From Chlorobiota bacterium (GTDB taxonomy: Bacteria > Bacteroidota > Ignavibacteria > Kapaibacteriales > UBA2268), in the NCBI GenBank assembly GCA_041596515.1, contig JBFHIJ010000006.1, forward strand, positions 11,845 through 75,844: 64,000 bases of DNA. Direction: 5' to 3'. The translations under genes and the position numbers were made by a program. The notes under the pieces are model-generated. The model was given only the letters and a program-made list of their open reading frames with translations, had not been told where the DNA came from and made no database searches. Positions 20,133 through 29,496 of this stretch are shown in pieces; the stretch's first letter is position 1, and every line of letters starts with the position of its first letter.

Positions 20133-20594
20133 GTGAAATACTTTTATATAATCATATTTGTTTTATTAATGCAGGTAGCGGCAGATGCGCAAGTAAATGT
20201 GAATTCCTATTGTCATAATAACAATCAACCCATTCCACTTCAGGTTACTGTTTCTAATGATATAGATTTGGGTGCTGTGGTAGCTGGTTCGACTTCGACA
20301 TTTGAGTCGCCATTTAACGAAAGTATATTTACAATATCAGGTCAGCAGTTAAAATGGATATGTACAGATATCGATACAGAAACAACAAAGCAAGGGATTG
20401 TTCTTGATTTGAGCTTCAAATATAGCCACACAGGCCAATGTTTATGGATATGTTATTTTAACGGTCTTCACAATTTACTAACTGGCAATATCTACGTAAA
20501 GATGAATGTAAACTCGATACAAGTGTCACCGAGCACTCCTCCGGGAGAGTACACTTTTACTCAGTTCGTTCAAGTGGAATACTGTACTTTTTAG
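20133..20594 (+). CDS. pilin-like secreted protein, SCPU/Csu-type, gene 3 (GTG start)
   Basis: Signal peptide MKYFYIIIFVLLMQVAADA. C-terminus PGEYTFTQFVQVEYCTF has the same terminal pattern as genes 1 and 2. Confidence 0.5.
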   Translation: MKYFYIIIFVLLMQVAADAQVNVNSYCHNNNQPIPLQVTVSNDIDLGAVVAGSTSTFESPFNESIFTISGQQLKWICTDIDTETTKQGIVLDLSFKYSHTGQCLWICYFNGLHNLLTGNIYVKMNVNSIQVSPSTPPGEYTFTQFVQVEYCTF

Positions 20595-20703
20595 ACTATA
20601 GACTTTACTGGCAAAAAGTAAAGACATCGCTATAAGTTATTGTATTGCAAAAAGTATGTAGAGATTGAAATTCTAAATTTTACTTATAATAGAGGTAGCA
20701 ATA

Positions 20704-21546
20704 ATGAAAAAGCACATAATAATAATCTTATCTTTTCTATTCTTTTCTTTGACACTTAAAGCGCAAGTGGCGGTAATGCCACCCGCTGTATTCATAGATA
20801 AACACTCACGATCTGCAGAAATGTTTGTAGCTAATTCGAGCAATGAAGTACAAGAAGTAACTGTAGGACTTGAATATGGCTATCCTGCACCTGACTCCTT
20901 AGGCAATATAGCTATGAAATATAACGACTCACTCACTGCAGAGCAATACTCAATAGCGAATCGTCTGGCAATTTTTCCTAAAAAGTTTGAACTAAAACCC
21001 GGAGAAAGGCAAACAGTTCGATTCTTACTAAGAGGTTCCGGCAACTTGGAAGATGGCTTCTATTGGTCTCGAATAAGAACTACAGGCATGAAAACCGCTA
21101 AACAAATAGATTCCTCCAACGCCGAAGGCGATGTAAAAGTAGGGATTAACCTTGCATTCTCTATGGTTACTTTTATTGGGTATAAAAAAGGAGAAACAAA
21201 CACTAATTTAGATATAGTTTATCTTGCAGTAGGTACTGATAGTGCGAACACTAATCTTCTTTTAAATTATAAACGTACGGGTAACTCTCCACTTCTAAGC
21301 AAAACAAAGATAGAAATATTTGATGAAATCGGTAATCTTGTAGCTGAAAAAGAAGAGCCATGCCCATATTATTTCGAGGGTAAGCGTAAGTTTAACTTTC
21401 CCAAAACAGATTTGCCAGCGGGCTCGTACAAAGCCAAATTTTCCTTCAATAACGATTTAGATGATATACCAAAAGACTATCGAGCATCATTTACCCCTTT
21501 TGATAAAACTTTTGATATAAAAGTTAAAGCAGAAAGAGGAAACTAA
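20704..21546 (+). CDS. periplasmic pilus chaperone (PapD/CsuC-like)
   Basis: Signal peptide, then the N-domain motif FELKPGERQTVRFLL, which fits the F.L.PG..Q.VR pattern of fimbrial chaperones. 280 aa. Confidence 0.6.
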   Translation: MKKHIIIILSFLFFSLTLKAQVAVMPPAVFIDKHSRSAEMFVANSSNEVQEVTVGLEYGYPAPDSLGNIAMKYNDSLTAEQYSIANRLAIFPKKFELKPGERQTVRFLLRGSGNLEDGFYWSRIRTTGMKTAKQIDSSNAEGDVKVGINLAFSMVTFIGYKKGETNTNLDIVYLAVGTDSANTNLLLNYKRTGNSPLLSKTKIEIFDEIGNLVAEKEEPCPYYFEGKRKFNFPKTDLPAGSYKAKFSFNNDLDDIPKDYRASFTPFDKTFDIKVKAERGN

Positions 21547-21672
21547 TTTATAAGTGTTTCGGTAAAAAATAGAGATAGCATTTACTTTCAAAAGCCATGG
21601 ATTGACTGTGCTTTAGTATATGCTTATGTATTAGTGAAGTAAACAATATATCATCTAAACGGAAATTATTTA

Positions 21673-24324
21673 GTGCGTGCAACTCTGTACATAAAAATTG
21701 CACTTATGTGCTTTTTGCTATCTCTGATGCCTTCGGTGGTTTCTTGCTCGGAAGCTGTCGAGGGTGTCTTTTCTTTCAAATATGTAAATTTTGAAAAAGA
21801 CATGATAGTGTATATACAAGAAGATGCAGTGTACTTCCCGATTTTCGAGATATTCGATTTCCTCCGTATTTATAAAGAATATGACCCATCTTCCAAAATA
21901 CTATCAGGCTATGTAAGCTCAGAGGAGAGAAGTTATTCTATAGATTTTACCACGTATGAAGCTACTAACCTGCAAGGCGATTCTTATCAAATTGAGAAAG
22001 ACAGCATCATCATAAATGAATTAGATATGTACATAACTGCGTCAGAATTTAGTAAAATACTGGACGTGGAAATCTTTGTCAGCAAGCTTGGATTAATCGG
22101 TCTTCTCAAATCTACGTATGAAATGCCGCTTTTAGAAGAATACAACCTAAGATATAACAAGTTAAAACTAAAAGGATTGGCAAGCGAAGAAGTTTTTGCT
22201 CCTTTGATGTACGGGCGAGACTTCAAGATAATAGATGGAGGTGTGGTAAACTACGGAATCAATTCGAATACAAACAAGCAGTCAACTGTAATCGGGTTAA
22301 ACACTAACCTCGGGATGCAATTATTAGGTGGGGAATTGGCAATAAACAATAGCTATATTTATAATACCTACAGCCAAACAAAATTTCAAAATATTAGATA
22401 CAACTGGCAGTTTCCGTTCAATAAAAATAAATATCTTAATTCTCTAAGAGTTGGTTATGTAACAGGAAATTCTTTAAACTTTGGTTCCTCCGGTTCTAAT
22501 ATCAGGAATAAATATTCAAACCTACAGGGAATATCTATTTCAAATAGAGAAATGGATAATCGAAAGGTATTTGATGAATTTCAGTTTGAAGATATTACTG
22601 AACCATACAGTTTGATAGAAATATATGTAAATTCTCGCTTAGTCAAGCAATTCAGATGCGAGGAAGACGGACGCTACCGATTTGCTTTGCCACTGACTTA
22701 TGGTAATTCAATTATCGAAACAAAAATTTATAGTCCTTCGGGGCAAAGAGATTATAAAAAGGAAACAGTCAATATCCCGGGCATGATGCTTCAGCCCGGC
22801 CAAGTTAGGTATACGCTAACGAGTGGTAAAGATATAAATTATGAAGAATATATTGTAGATGGCATAGTAGAGACTGGGGTTACAGATTGGCTGAGTACTT
22901 CTGTTAGTAATGTTTATAATATAGATAATAAAGTAAATTTACTTGTCAGCAATAGTACTGTTAGGCTAATGGGCGGAGCATACAGCAGCTTTGCATATTC
23001 TCATGATAACTTTTACAGAACTATGATAGCTTATGCTAATTCGCAGATAGGCCACTACGAGTTGTCGTATATGAAATATAAGAGTGATTCGGAAGTTGAT
23101 AAATATGGCAAAGAAGCTGAATATCAATTAAATGTCAACCTGCCACGAATACCCTATTTACCTTTTAGTTTGCGACTTCGAGCAGATGTAGACCAATATA
23201 GTAACAGACTGACCGGAAACTATTCTGTTAACACTTACGGTAATATTGGTTCTATTAGAATAAATAACTCCTACCGATTAGCTCAAACTATAATGAAAGA
23301 TCTGGACAATAGCTACAATCACTATATTAATTGTGGAGTATCTTACTATTTGCAACTTCCATTTCTTAAAGATTCAAGAGCATTAGGCAGAACAAGTATT
23401 TCAACAAACTTCAATTATGATTTGAATATTGGGCAGTTTACTAACTTAAGCGCCTCTATCTCTCAAAGTCTATTCCGAATATTATCTATAAGTGCAAACT
23501 ATAGAAATAATTTAGTAAGTAATTACTCAAGTTTCAATATTAATTTGAGTCTCAATATGGATTTCGCAAGGTTTAGCAGCAGAGCTGAGCTAAGCGAGTC
23601 AAATCAAAGCATTAATAATAACTTGGATGGTTCTTTAGGGTTTGATACTGATAGATTTAACGTCTTTCCTAGTAAGCGCCTTAGTTATACCGGCAACTCC
23701 GGACTTGCCACTATCAAATGCTTTATAGATAGCAATGGTAACTTAAGCTATGACGATGGCGAGGAAGTTTTAACCGGAGTGCCTATTAGAGTGCCGCGCG
23801 CATCTGTTCTCGGAGATAGAGACGATGAATATAAAACAGTTTCTAACTTACGTCCGGGCTATCAATATAATGTTATTATTAATAATAGTGGACTCAAAAA
23901 TCCATTACTTCGTCCATTATGGGATGATTTCTCTTTTATAGCAGATCCTAATACTTTTAAATCGATAGATATACCATTTACTGTTACAGGATTAATAGAA
24001 GGTCAGGTGTTTACTCAAGATTCTTCTGGGAACAGAAATGGTAAATCGGGTGTAAAACTGCATATTATCAGTAAAAAAACAGGTAAAGATGTTACAGTAA
24101 ACGTATTCTCTGATGGCAGTTTTTACCATCTCGGACTTTTTCCGGGATATTATGATGTTTATGTAGATAAAACTCAGCTCGGACTTTTGAATATGATAAC
24201 TGATCCTCCAAGTCAGGAAATATACATCGGTTTCTCTGAAGATGGCGATATGAAGTCAGGAATAGATTTCAGGCTTTTACCTAATAAAGATTCGGGTGGT
24301 GTTGTCTCTCCAAGTGCAGATTAG
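21673..24324 (+). CDS. outer-membrane usher (CsuD-like) with C-terminal CarbopepD_reg-like beta-sandwich
   Basis: 883 aa with signal peptide and a long beta-rich, Y/N/S-rich barrel region. C-terminal GQVFTQDSSG...YYDVYVD resembles a carboxypeptidase-regulatory-like domain. Placed in the operon after the chaperone gene. Confidence 0.55.
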   Translation: MRATLYIKIALMCFLLSLMPSVVSCSEAVEGVFSFKYVNFEKDMIVYIQEDAVYFPIFEIFDFLRIYKEYDPSSKILSGYVSSEERSYSIDFTTYEATNLQGDSYQIEKDSIIINELDMYITASEFSKILDVEIFVSKLGLIGLLKSTYEMPLLEEYNLRYNKLKLKGLASEEVFAPLMYGRDFKIIDGGVVNYGINSNTNKQSTVIGLNTNLGMQLLGGELAINNSYIYNTYSQTKFQNIRYNWQFPFNKNKYLNSLRVGYVTGNSLNFGSSGSNIRNKYSNLQGISISNREMDNRKVFDEFQFEDITEPYSLIEIYVNSRLVKQFRCEEDGRYRFALPLTYGNSIIETKIYSPSGQRDYKKETVNIPGMMLQPGQVRYTLTSGKDINYEEYIVDGIVETGVTDWLSTSVSNVYNIDNKVNLLVSNSTVRLMGGAYSSFAYSHDNFYRTMIAYANSQIGHYELSYMKYKSDSEVDKYGKEAEYQLNVNLPRIPYLPFSLRLRADVDQYSNRLTGNYSVNTYGNIGSIRINNSYRLAQTIMKDLDNSYNHYINCGVSYYLQLPFLKDSRALGRTSISTNFNYDLNIGQFTNLSASISQSLFRILSISANYRNNLVSNYSSFNINLSLNMDFARFSSRAELSESNQSINNNLDGSLGFDTDRFNVFPSKRLSYTGNSGLATIKCFIDSNGNLSYDDGEEVLTGVPIRVPRASVLGDRDDEYKTVSNLRPGYQYNVIINNSGLKNPLLRPLWDDFSFIADPNTFKSIDIPFTVTGLIEGQVFTQDSSGNRNGKSGVKLHIISKKTGKDVTVNVFSDGSFYHLGLFPGYYDVYVDKTQLGLLNMITDPPSQEIYIGFSEDGDMKSGIDFRLLPNKDSGGVVSPSAD

Positions 24325-24378
24325 TGGGTTAATTTCAATTGTTGTATATTGCGGATACAATCTAAAAGGAGAATTAGT

Positions 24379-24633
24379 ATGAATTTCAAAGAACTATTTA
24401 AAATTGCATCACTGGCTGTACAGGACTCCTACGAAAAAGACATATTTGATATAAGGTTAGAGCAAGTAGAAAAAGATGGTGATAACTACTTAGTTGTGGT
24501 CTCGTTTGTGATAGAAGATAAAATGAAAGAAGAAAGTTTAATTGCTTTTACCGGGAAATATGAGCGTATATACAAGCAAATCAGAATAGACAAAGATAAA
24601 AGTGTTGTTGGATTGTATATGTTTAAATTCTGA
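24379..24633 (+). CDS. small protein of unknown fold, candidate antitoxin partner of the downstream PIN gene
   Basis: Strong SD AAAGGAG 7 nt before this ATG; the ORF-track start at 24349 lacks one. Its stop overlaps the next start (TGATG). Confidence 0.4.
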   Translation: MNFKELFKIASLAVQDSYEKDIFDIRLEQVEKDGDNYLVVVSFVIEDKMKEESLIAFTGKYERIYKQIRIDKDKSVVGLYMFKF

Positions 24634-25094
24634 TGGTAGTAATTGATACTAATGCTTTGGTAGTTTATGTCTTGGGGCTTATGAATCCAGCATTGATAGA
24701 GACACATAAGCGTACTTCTATTTATGATAAAGCGGATTTTGAATACTTACTAAAACTCACTTACAAAAAAGAAATATTTACTTTGCCAGATATTCTAAGT
24801 GAAGTAGATAATTTACTAAATAAATTTAAAGGGAAATACAGAAGAATATATGCCAAGAAATTTTTAGATTTTGTAAAATATTCAAGTGAAAGATATCTGG
24901 AAAGCTTAATAATTGAATCAAATTTTGAATTATTTCAAGAAATTGGACTGACAGACTTAAAGGTTTTAGAACTATCAGAACAGGCTGAATATTTAATTAC
25001 CGCGGATTCTAAATTGGCTGATTATGCAAGCTGTTATGGAATAAAGGTTATAGATTTAGTTAAGAATAGAAATGTTCGCCTACTCTCCACTTAA
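24633..25094 (+). CDS. PIN-domain protein (VapC-like putative toxin)
   Basis: N-terminal VVIDTNALV and later LITADSKLADYA fit the PIN acidic-residue pattern. Translationally coupled to the upstream small ORF. Confidence 0.5.
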   Translation: MVVIDTNALVVYVLGLMNPALIETHKRTSIYDKADFEYLLKLTYKKEIFTLPDILSEVDNLLNKFKGKYRRIYAKKFLDFVKYSSERYLESLIIESNFELFQEIGLTDLKVLELSEQAEYLITADSKLADYASCYGIKVIDLVKNRNVRLLST

Positions 25095-25142
25095 TCATTC
25101 CGCAAAAAATCCATATATTCGCATATTATAAATGGGGATATT

Positions 25143-25907
25143 ATGCGAATCTTAGTTTTAAAAATTGAGTATGACGGAACTGATTTTTCCGGTTGGCAGT
25201 TTCAACCTAAAGAGCGTTCCGTGCAAGGGGAAATAGAGAAGGCTATGCGTAGGCTTACGGGTGCTGAGTATAGATTAGACGGTTCGGGTAGGACTGATGC
25301 AGGAGTGCATGCATCAGGTCAGGTGGCTTCACTAAAGCTTGATGATAACTTTTCTATTCCATCAGACAAAATCGTGACGGCATTCAATACCAGATTACCT
25401 AAAGACATTCGAATAAAATCTGCTTTAATATTAGATAAAGATTTCCATCCTCGGTTTCATGCAATAGGCAGAGAGTATAGTTATAATTTGATTCTAAGCG
25501 AAAGTGTGTTCAAAAGTCGTTTTCATGCATATTATAAGTACCCTATAAATCCGGAATTAATGATAGACCTGCAGCATATCTTTTTAGGAGAAAAAGATTT
25601 TACTCCTTTCTCAAAATACAATCCTGCCAAAAAATTCTATCGCTGCAATGTAACTAAGTGCGAATGGATAAAAATATCTGAAGATGAATACAGACTTGAT
25701 ATAGCGGCTAATCGTTTTGTATATAGTATGGTTCGTATCATCGTCGGAGCATCACTGGATGTAGCACGTGGGAGGCTTACAAAAGCGGATTTGGAAGAGG
25801 CATTCCGAAGGTCAGATCGCTCTTTGCAAGTCAAAGTAGCTCCGCCGGAGGGATTGATTCTTAGCAAAGTGAGTTATCCTGAAGAATTTGGCTTAAATAA
25901 TTTGTAA
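25143..25907 (+). CDS. truA: tRNA pseudouridine(38-40) synthase
   Basis: Motifs YDGTDFSGWQ.Q and GRTDAGVHA, including the catalytic Asp. Confidence 0.85.
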   Translation: MRILVLKIEYDGTDFSGWQFQPKERSVQGEIEKAMRRLTGAEYRLDGSGRTDAGVHASGQVASLKLDDNFSIPSDKIVTAFNTRLPKDIRIKSALILDKDFHPRFHAIGREYSYNLILSESVFKSRFHAYYKYPINPELMIDLQHIFLGEKDFTPFSKYNPAKKFYRCNVTKCEWIKISEDEYRLDIAANRFVYSMVRIIVGASLDVARGRLTKADLEEAFRRSDRSLQVKVAPPEGLILSKVSYPEEFGLNNL

Positions 25908-25959
25908 ATGAATATAATATTTGGTTTATTATACTATTGCTCAATATAAGGACTTAATA

Positions 25960-26787
25960 ATGCTTAAACTGCAAAAGACTTATACGCTATTTATAGTATC
26001 TTTCATGATGCTTTTACTGGGCTCATGCTCAGATGTAGATGATATTACGACAATCAATATCTTCTCAGCTAATGACGATATTAAATTAGGTCAGGATTTG
26101 GATGCTCAGATACGCTCGGACAATGTAGAGTATCCCATATTAAATAATACAGCTGCTACAAAATATGTTCAGGATATGGTAGATCAGATAATCGACTCGC
26201 CTGAGATAGAGTATAGAGATAAATTCGCCTATACTGTTACTTTGATAAATAGGGACGATGTTGTAAATGCTTTTGCAGCTCCCGGTGGATATATTTATGT
26301 ATATACCGGTTTGCTTAAGTTTTTGGATAATGAGGCTACTCTAGCCGGAGTTATGGCTCATGAGATAGCTCATGCAGAAAGAAGACACTCAACTAAAAGG
26401 CTGACAAAAGCTTATGGTGCCGAATTCCTTTTAGGTTTAGTGCTGGGAACTGACCCTGATGCTACTGCAGAACTGGCTGCCGGAATACTTACTAACGTTG
26501 CATTTATGCAGAACAGTCAGTCTGACGAATTTGAAGCAGACGAGTATTCTTTCAAGTATCTTGAAACTAGTAAATGGTACCCCGGTGCTATTAAGCTATT
26601 CTTTAATAAGATAACTGAAAATGGTGGTAGCTCCAGTAATTTCTTAGAGAAATTGCTTTCTACTCACCCGATGCCGGAGGAAAGGATACAAAAAGTAGAT
26701 GAATTAATTAAAGAGAATAATATTTCAGAACCGACAGAAGCTAATATATTTACAGATAAATATCAGCAATTTAAAAAATCTTTATAA
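25960..26787 (+). CDS. M48-family zinc metalloprotease lipoprotein
   Basis: HEIAHAERRH (HExxH) in an M48-like context. Start moved to MLKLQKTYTLFIVSFMMLLLGSC (lipoprotein signal); the ORF-track start is a TTG. Confidence 0.7.
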   Translation: MLKLQKTYTLFIVSFMMLLLGSCSDVDDITTINIFSANDDIKLGQDLDAQIRSDNVEYPILNNTAATKYVQDMVDQIIDSPEIEYRDKFAYTVTLINRDDVVNAFAAPGGYIYVYTGLLKFLDNEATLAGVMAHEIAHAERRHSTKRLTKAYGAEFLLGLVLGTDPDATAELAAGILTNVAFMQNSQSDEFEADEYSFKYLETSKWYPGAIKLFFNKITENGGSSSNFLEKLLSTHPMPEERIQKVDELIKENNISEPTEANIFTDKYQQFKKSL

Positions 26788-26796
26788 CGGGGAAAC

Positions 26797-27594
26797 ATGA
26801 AAGCCTTTGAAAAACTAAAATTTGCAATTGAAAAGACTAATTCGATTTTATGCGTTGGCTTAGATACAGATATAAGTAAACTTCCTGAAGGAATATCGAA
26901 AGATTTTGCAGGGATGGTGGAGTTTAATAAAGCAATAATAGATGCAACTAAAGACATAGCACCTGCTTTTAAAATCAATTATGCATTCTATGAGCAATAT
27001 GGAATAAAGGGGTTTGAAGTACTGGAAAAAACTATGGAGCTTATTCCTGACGAAAGCTTTGTAGTGGCAGATGCTAAACGGGGAGATATCGGAAATACTT
27101 CCAAGGCTTATGCTAAGTCATGTTTTGAGCACTTTAATGCCGACTCTATTACTGTACATCCTTACATGGGTAGCGACTCTGTAGAGCCATTCCTTAGCTA
27201 TACTGATAAGATGGTTTTTGTGCTTGGTCTTACTTCTAACAAAGGCTCAAAAGACTTTCAATATCTCAAAGCAGACGGCAAAACCTTGTATCGCCATGTA
27301 ATCGAAACTACTTCGAAATGGGCTTCGTTTGAAAATATAGGATATGTTGTTGGTGCGACTCACCCTAGCGAACTTGCTGAGATAAGAGAAGTTATTCCCA
27401 ATAACTGTTTGCTTATTCCGGGAGTTGGTGCTCAGGGTGGAGATATAGAAGCAGTAATAAAAGCTAATGCGGGTGGTCCGGCTATTATCAATGCTTCACG
27501 TGGTGTGATTTATGCTTCATCAGGCGCAGATTTTGCAGATAAAGTAAGAGAAGTGGCTCTGAATTATAGAAATGAGTTTAACAAATATATGTAG
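26797..27594 (+). CDS. pyrF: orotidine-5'-phosphate decarboxylase
   Basis: VGLDT, ADAKRGDIGNT and other OMPdecase motifs. Confidence 0.8.
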   Translation: MKAFEKLKFAIEKTNSILCVGLDTDISKLPEGISKDFAGMVEFNKAIIDATKDIAPAFKINYAFYEQYGIKGFEVLEKTMELIPDESFVVADAKRGDIGNTSKAYAKSCFEHFNADSITVHPYMGSDSVEPFLSYTDKMVFVLGLTSNKGSKDFQYLKADGKTLYRHVIETTSKWASFENIGYVVGATHPSELAEIREVIPNNCLLIPGVGAQGGDIEAVIKANAGGPAIINASRGVIYASSGADFADKVREVALNYRNEFNKYM

Positions 27595-27598
27595 TGCT

Positions 27599-28276
27599 AT
27601 GAGATACTTCCTTTCTGCTCTAATGATGATTTTTATCATATCTTGTGCTGGTGAAGATGAAACAACAACTGTCGTAAATCCACCAATAGATACTTATACC
27701 CCTGATACGATATGGAAACCTCAGGTAGGTGGGGTATTCAAATATAAATCACAAGACGGACAGGAAGCTCAATTAGAAATTTTAACAGAAGGCGAGTATA
27801 AGTGGTGTCTAGAGTTTTGGGACACTACCGGACTTGCCACTTACCATACATATATTTGCAAGTTTACAGAGTATGAAGGCACTTTCCCTAATGTTACTAT
27901 GTTCGGTGCGGCAGTTGATGATACTAATATTTACTGGGGAAAGCGTGATATCAATATAATAGATAAGTATGACAGGCTTCCTTTCTATGTTTCGCTTTTC
28001 AAACTAAATAAGGAGCTCACTGATACCACCATAGCTAAAGAATATCACTTTAAAATAGCTAATGTAGATTATCGCTGTGCAGATAGTGTTATCTATTCAC
28101 CTAAGGGAACATTTATTTATGATGATAGTCTCTTTGCTAAGCAGTATCTTATTCGTTCTATAAAGAAAAATTCCTACGGAGAACTGCCAAGTGAGGGGGA
28201 TGAGTTCATTTTCGCTGAGAAGTTTGGTTTTACTCGCTTCTGGAAGTATGAAATATATGACTATGTGCAGGAGTAG
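27599..28276 (+). CDS. lipoprotein of unknown function
   Basis: Start moved to MRYFLSALMMIFIISCAG (lipobox). The ORF-track start would overlap pyrF. Confidence 0.5.
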   Translation: MRYFLSALMMIFIISCAGEDETTTVVNPPIDTYTPDTIWKPQVGGVFKYKSQDGQEAQLEILTEGEYKWCLEFWDTTGLATYHTYICKFTEYEGTFPNVTMFGAAVDDTNIYWGKRDINIIDKYDRLPFYVSLFKLNKELTDTTIAKEYHFKIANVDYRCADSVIYSPKGTFIYDDSLFAKQYLIRSIKKNSYGELPSEGDEFIFAEKFGFTRFWKYEIYDYVQE

Positions 28277-28282
28277 AAAAAG

Positions 28283-29269
28283 ATGAAATTGACAGAGAAA
28301 CAACTTCAACCAAAACTGCATAAGTATATTTCTAATCCTGCATTGGTATTTGAAACTTTGTCCGGGAAAAGATTGCAAATACTCTCGCCCGGTAAGCTTA
28401 ATGTAAAGGAAGGGCCAGATTTGCTTGATATAGCAATTTTATTAGACGGGATGGTATATATAGGAGATGGAGAGTTTCACCTAAAAAGTTCGGACTGGAC
28501 TCACCATAAACATTCAGAAGACCAACGATACAGCAATGTGATTTTACATATAGTATGCGAAAATGTTAAAGAGCAAACAGGAAAATTCGATACTTTAATA
28601 ATTCCAAATGATACATTAGAGAAAGTGGAATACTCCATAGAGCATGAAATTGATTTGCAGAGTATAGATGTTCTTCAAAATTTTGCGCTTCTTAGACTTT
28701 TGAGAAAAGCAACTGAGTCAAAAAATCTACTGAAAAAGCTAAATATAAAGGAAGCACTCTCTGATTATACCCGTCAGTTTATGGAGAGGTATAACAAACG
28801 CAGACGTCGCCCGGCTTATACAAAACAGGATTTAGGAGAGATAATAAGTGGAATTTCAAATACTATTTTGTATGACGGGCTCAAAGAAATTTCCATAGAA
28901 TCTACTTTTGTTGCAGAAGATCTCCATGTACTCAATAAAAATAATATAATGAGCGAAGGTCAGGCATTACGCACAGAAATACTGATTAATATTTTTCTTC
29001 CTATGGCAATTGCACTTTCAAATGATAGGACTAGGATAGAGCTGTTTGTTTGGTATTGGTCAGCAAAATCAAAAAACAGATATGGACATCTAGCAAGAAG
29101 ATTCCCTACTATCAAGCAGAGTTTTGTATGGCAGCAGCAGGGACTTTTAGAGTACCTCAAAGAATACGGCGAACGTGGAGAATCAGTGATGAAACTGAGC
29201 GAGTACAACTTTGGTGATATTTTAGACTTCTACTATTGCAGCAGTTCCGAAGATATTTTCGAAGATTAG
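28283..29269 (+). CDS. hypothetical protein (conserved uncharacterised family, DUF-like)
   Basis: 328 aa, basic, with no catalytic motif recognised. Confidence 0.45.
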   Translation: MKLTEKQLQPKLHKYISNPALVFETLSGKRLQILSPGKLNVKEGPDLLDIAILLDGMVYIGDGEFHLKSSDWTHHKHSEDQRYSNVILHIVCENVKEQTGKFDTLIIPNDTLEKVEYSIEHEIDLQSIDVLQNFALLRLLRKATESKNLLKKLNIKEALSDYTRQFMERYNKRRRRPAYTKQDLGEIISGISNTILYDGLKEISIESTFVAEDLHVLNKNNIMSEGQALRTEILINIFLPMAIALSNDRTRIELFVWYWSAKSKNRYGHLARRFPTIKQSFVWQQQGLLEYLKEYGERGESVMKLSEYNFGDILDFYYCSSSEDIFED

Positions 29270-29325
29270 AAATATTCATTTCTTACATTCGTTACATAAA
29301 CAAAGTAATTAATAGGAGTCGAAAA

Positions 29326-29496
29326 TGGAATATGATTTGAAAAACATCAGCCAGGAAACTGCAGAAAAAGTTGAAGAATTTTTGGCATCAATTGATTTCA
29401 ATGAAGCATATATTTATCACTTTTTACAGGAAGCTGATGAAAAAGAAAATCCTGTAGAATATATAAAAAAGAAATATTTAAATATAGAGCTTTAAT
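29326..29496 (+). CDS. possible small acidic protein (56 aa)
   Basis: MEYDLKNISQETAEKVEEFLASIDFNEAYIYHF... It falls below the ORF-track size cutoff and converges on the kinase gene end. Confidence 0.2.
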
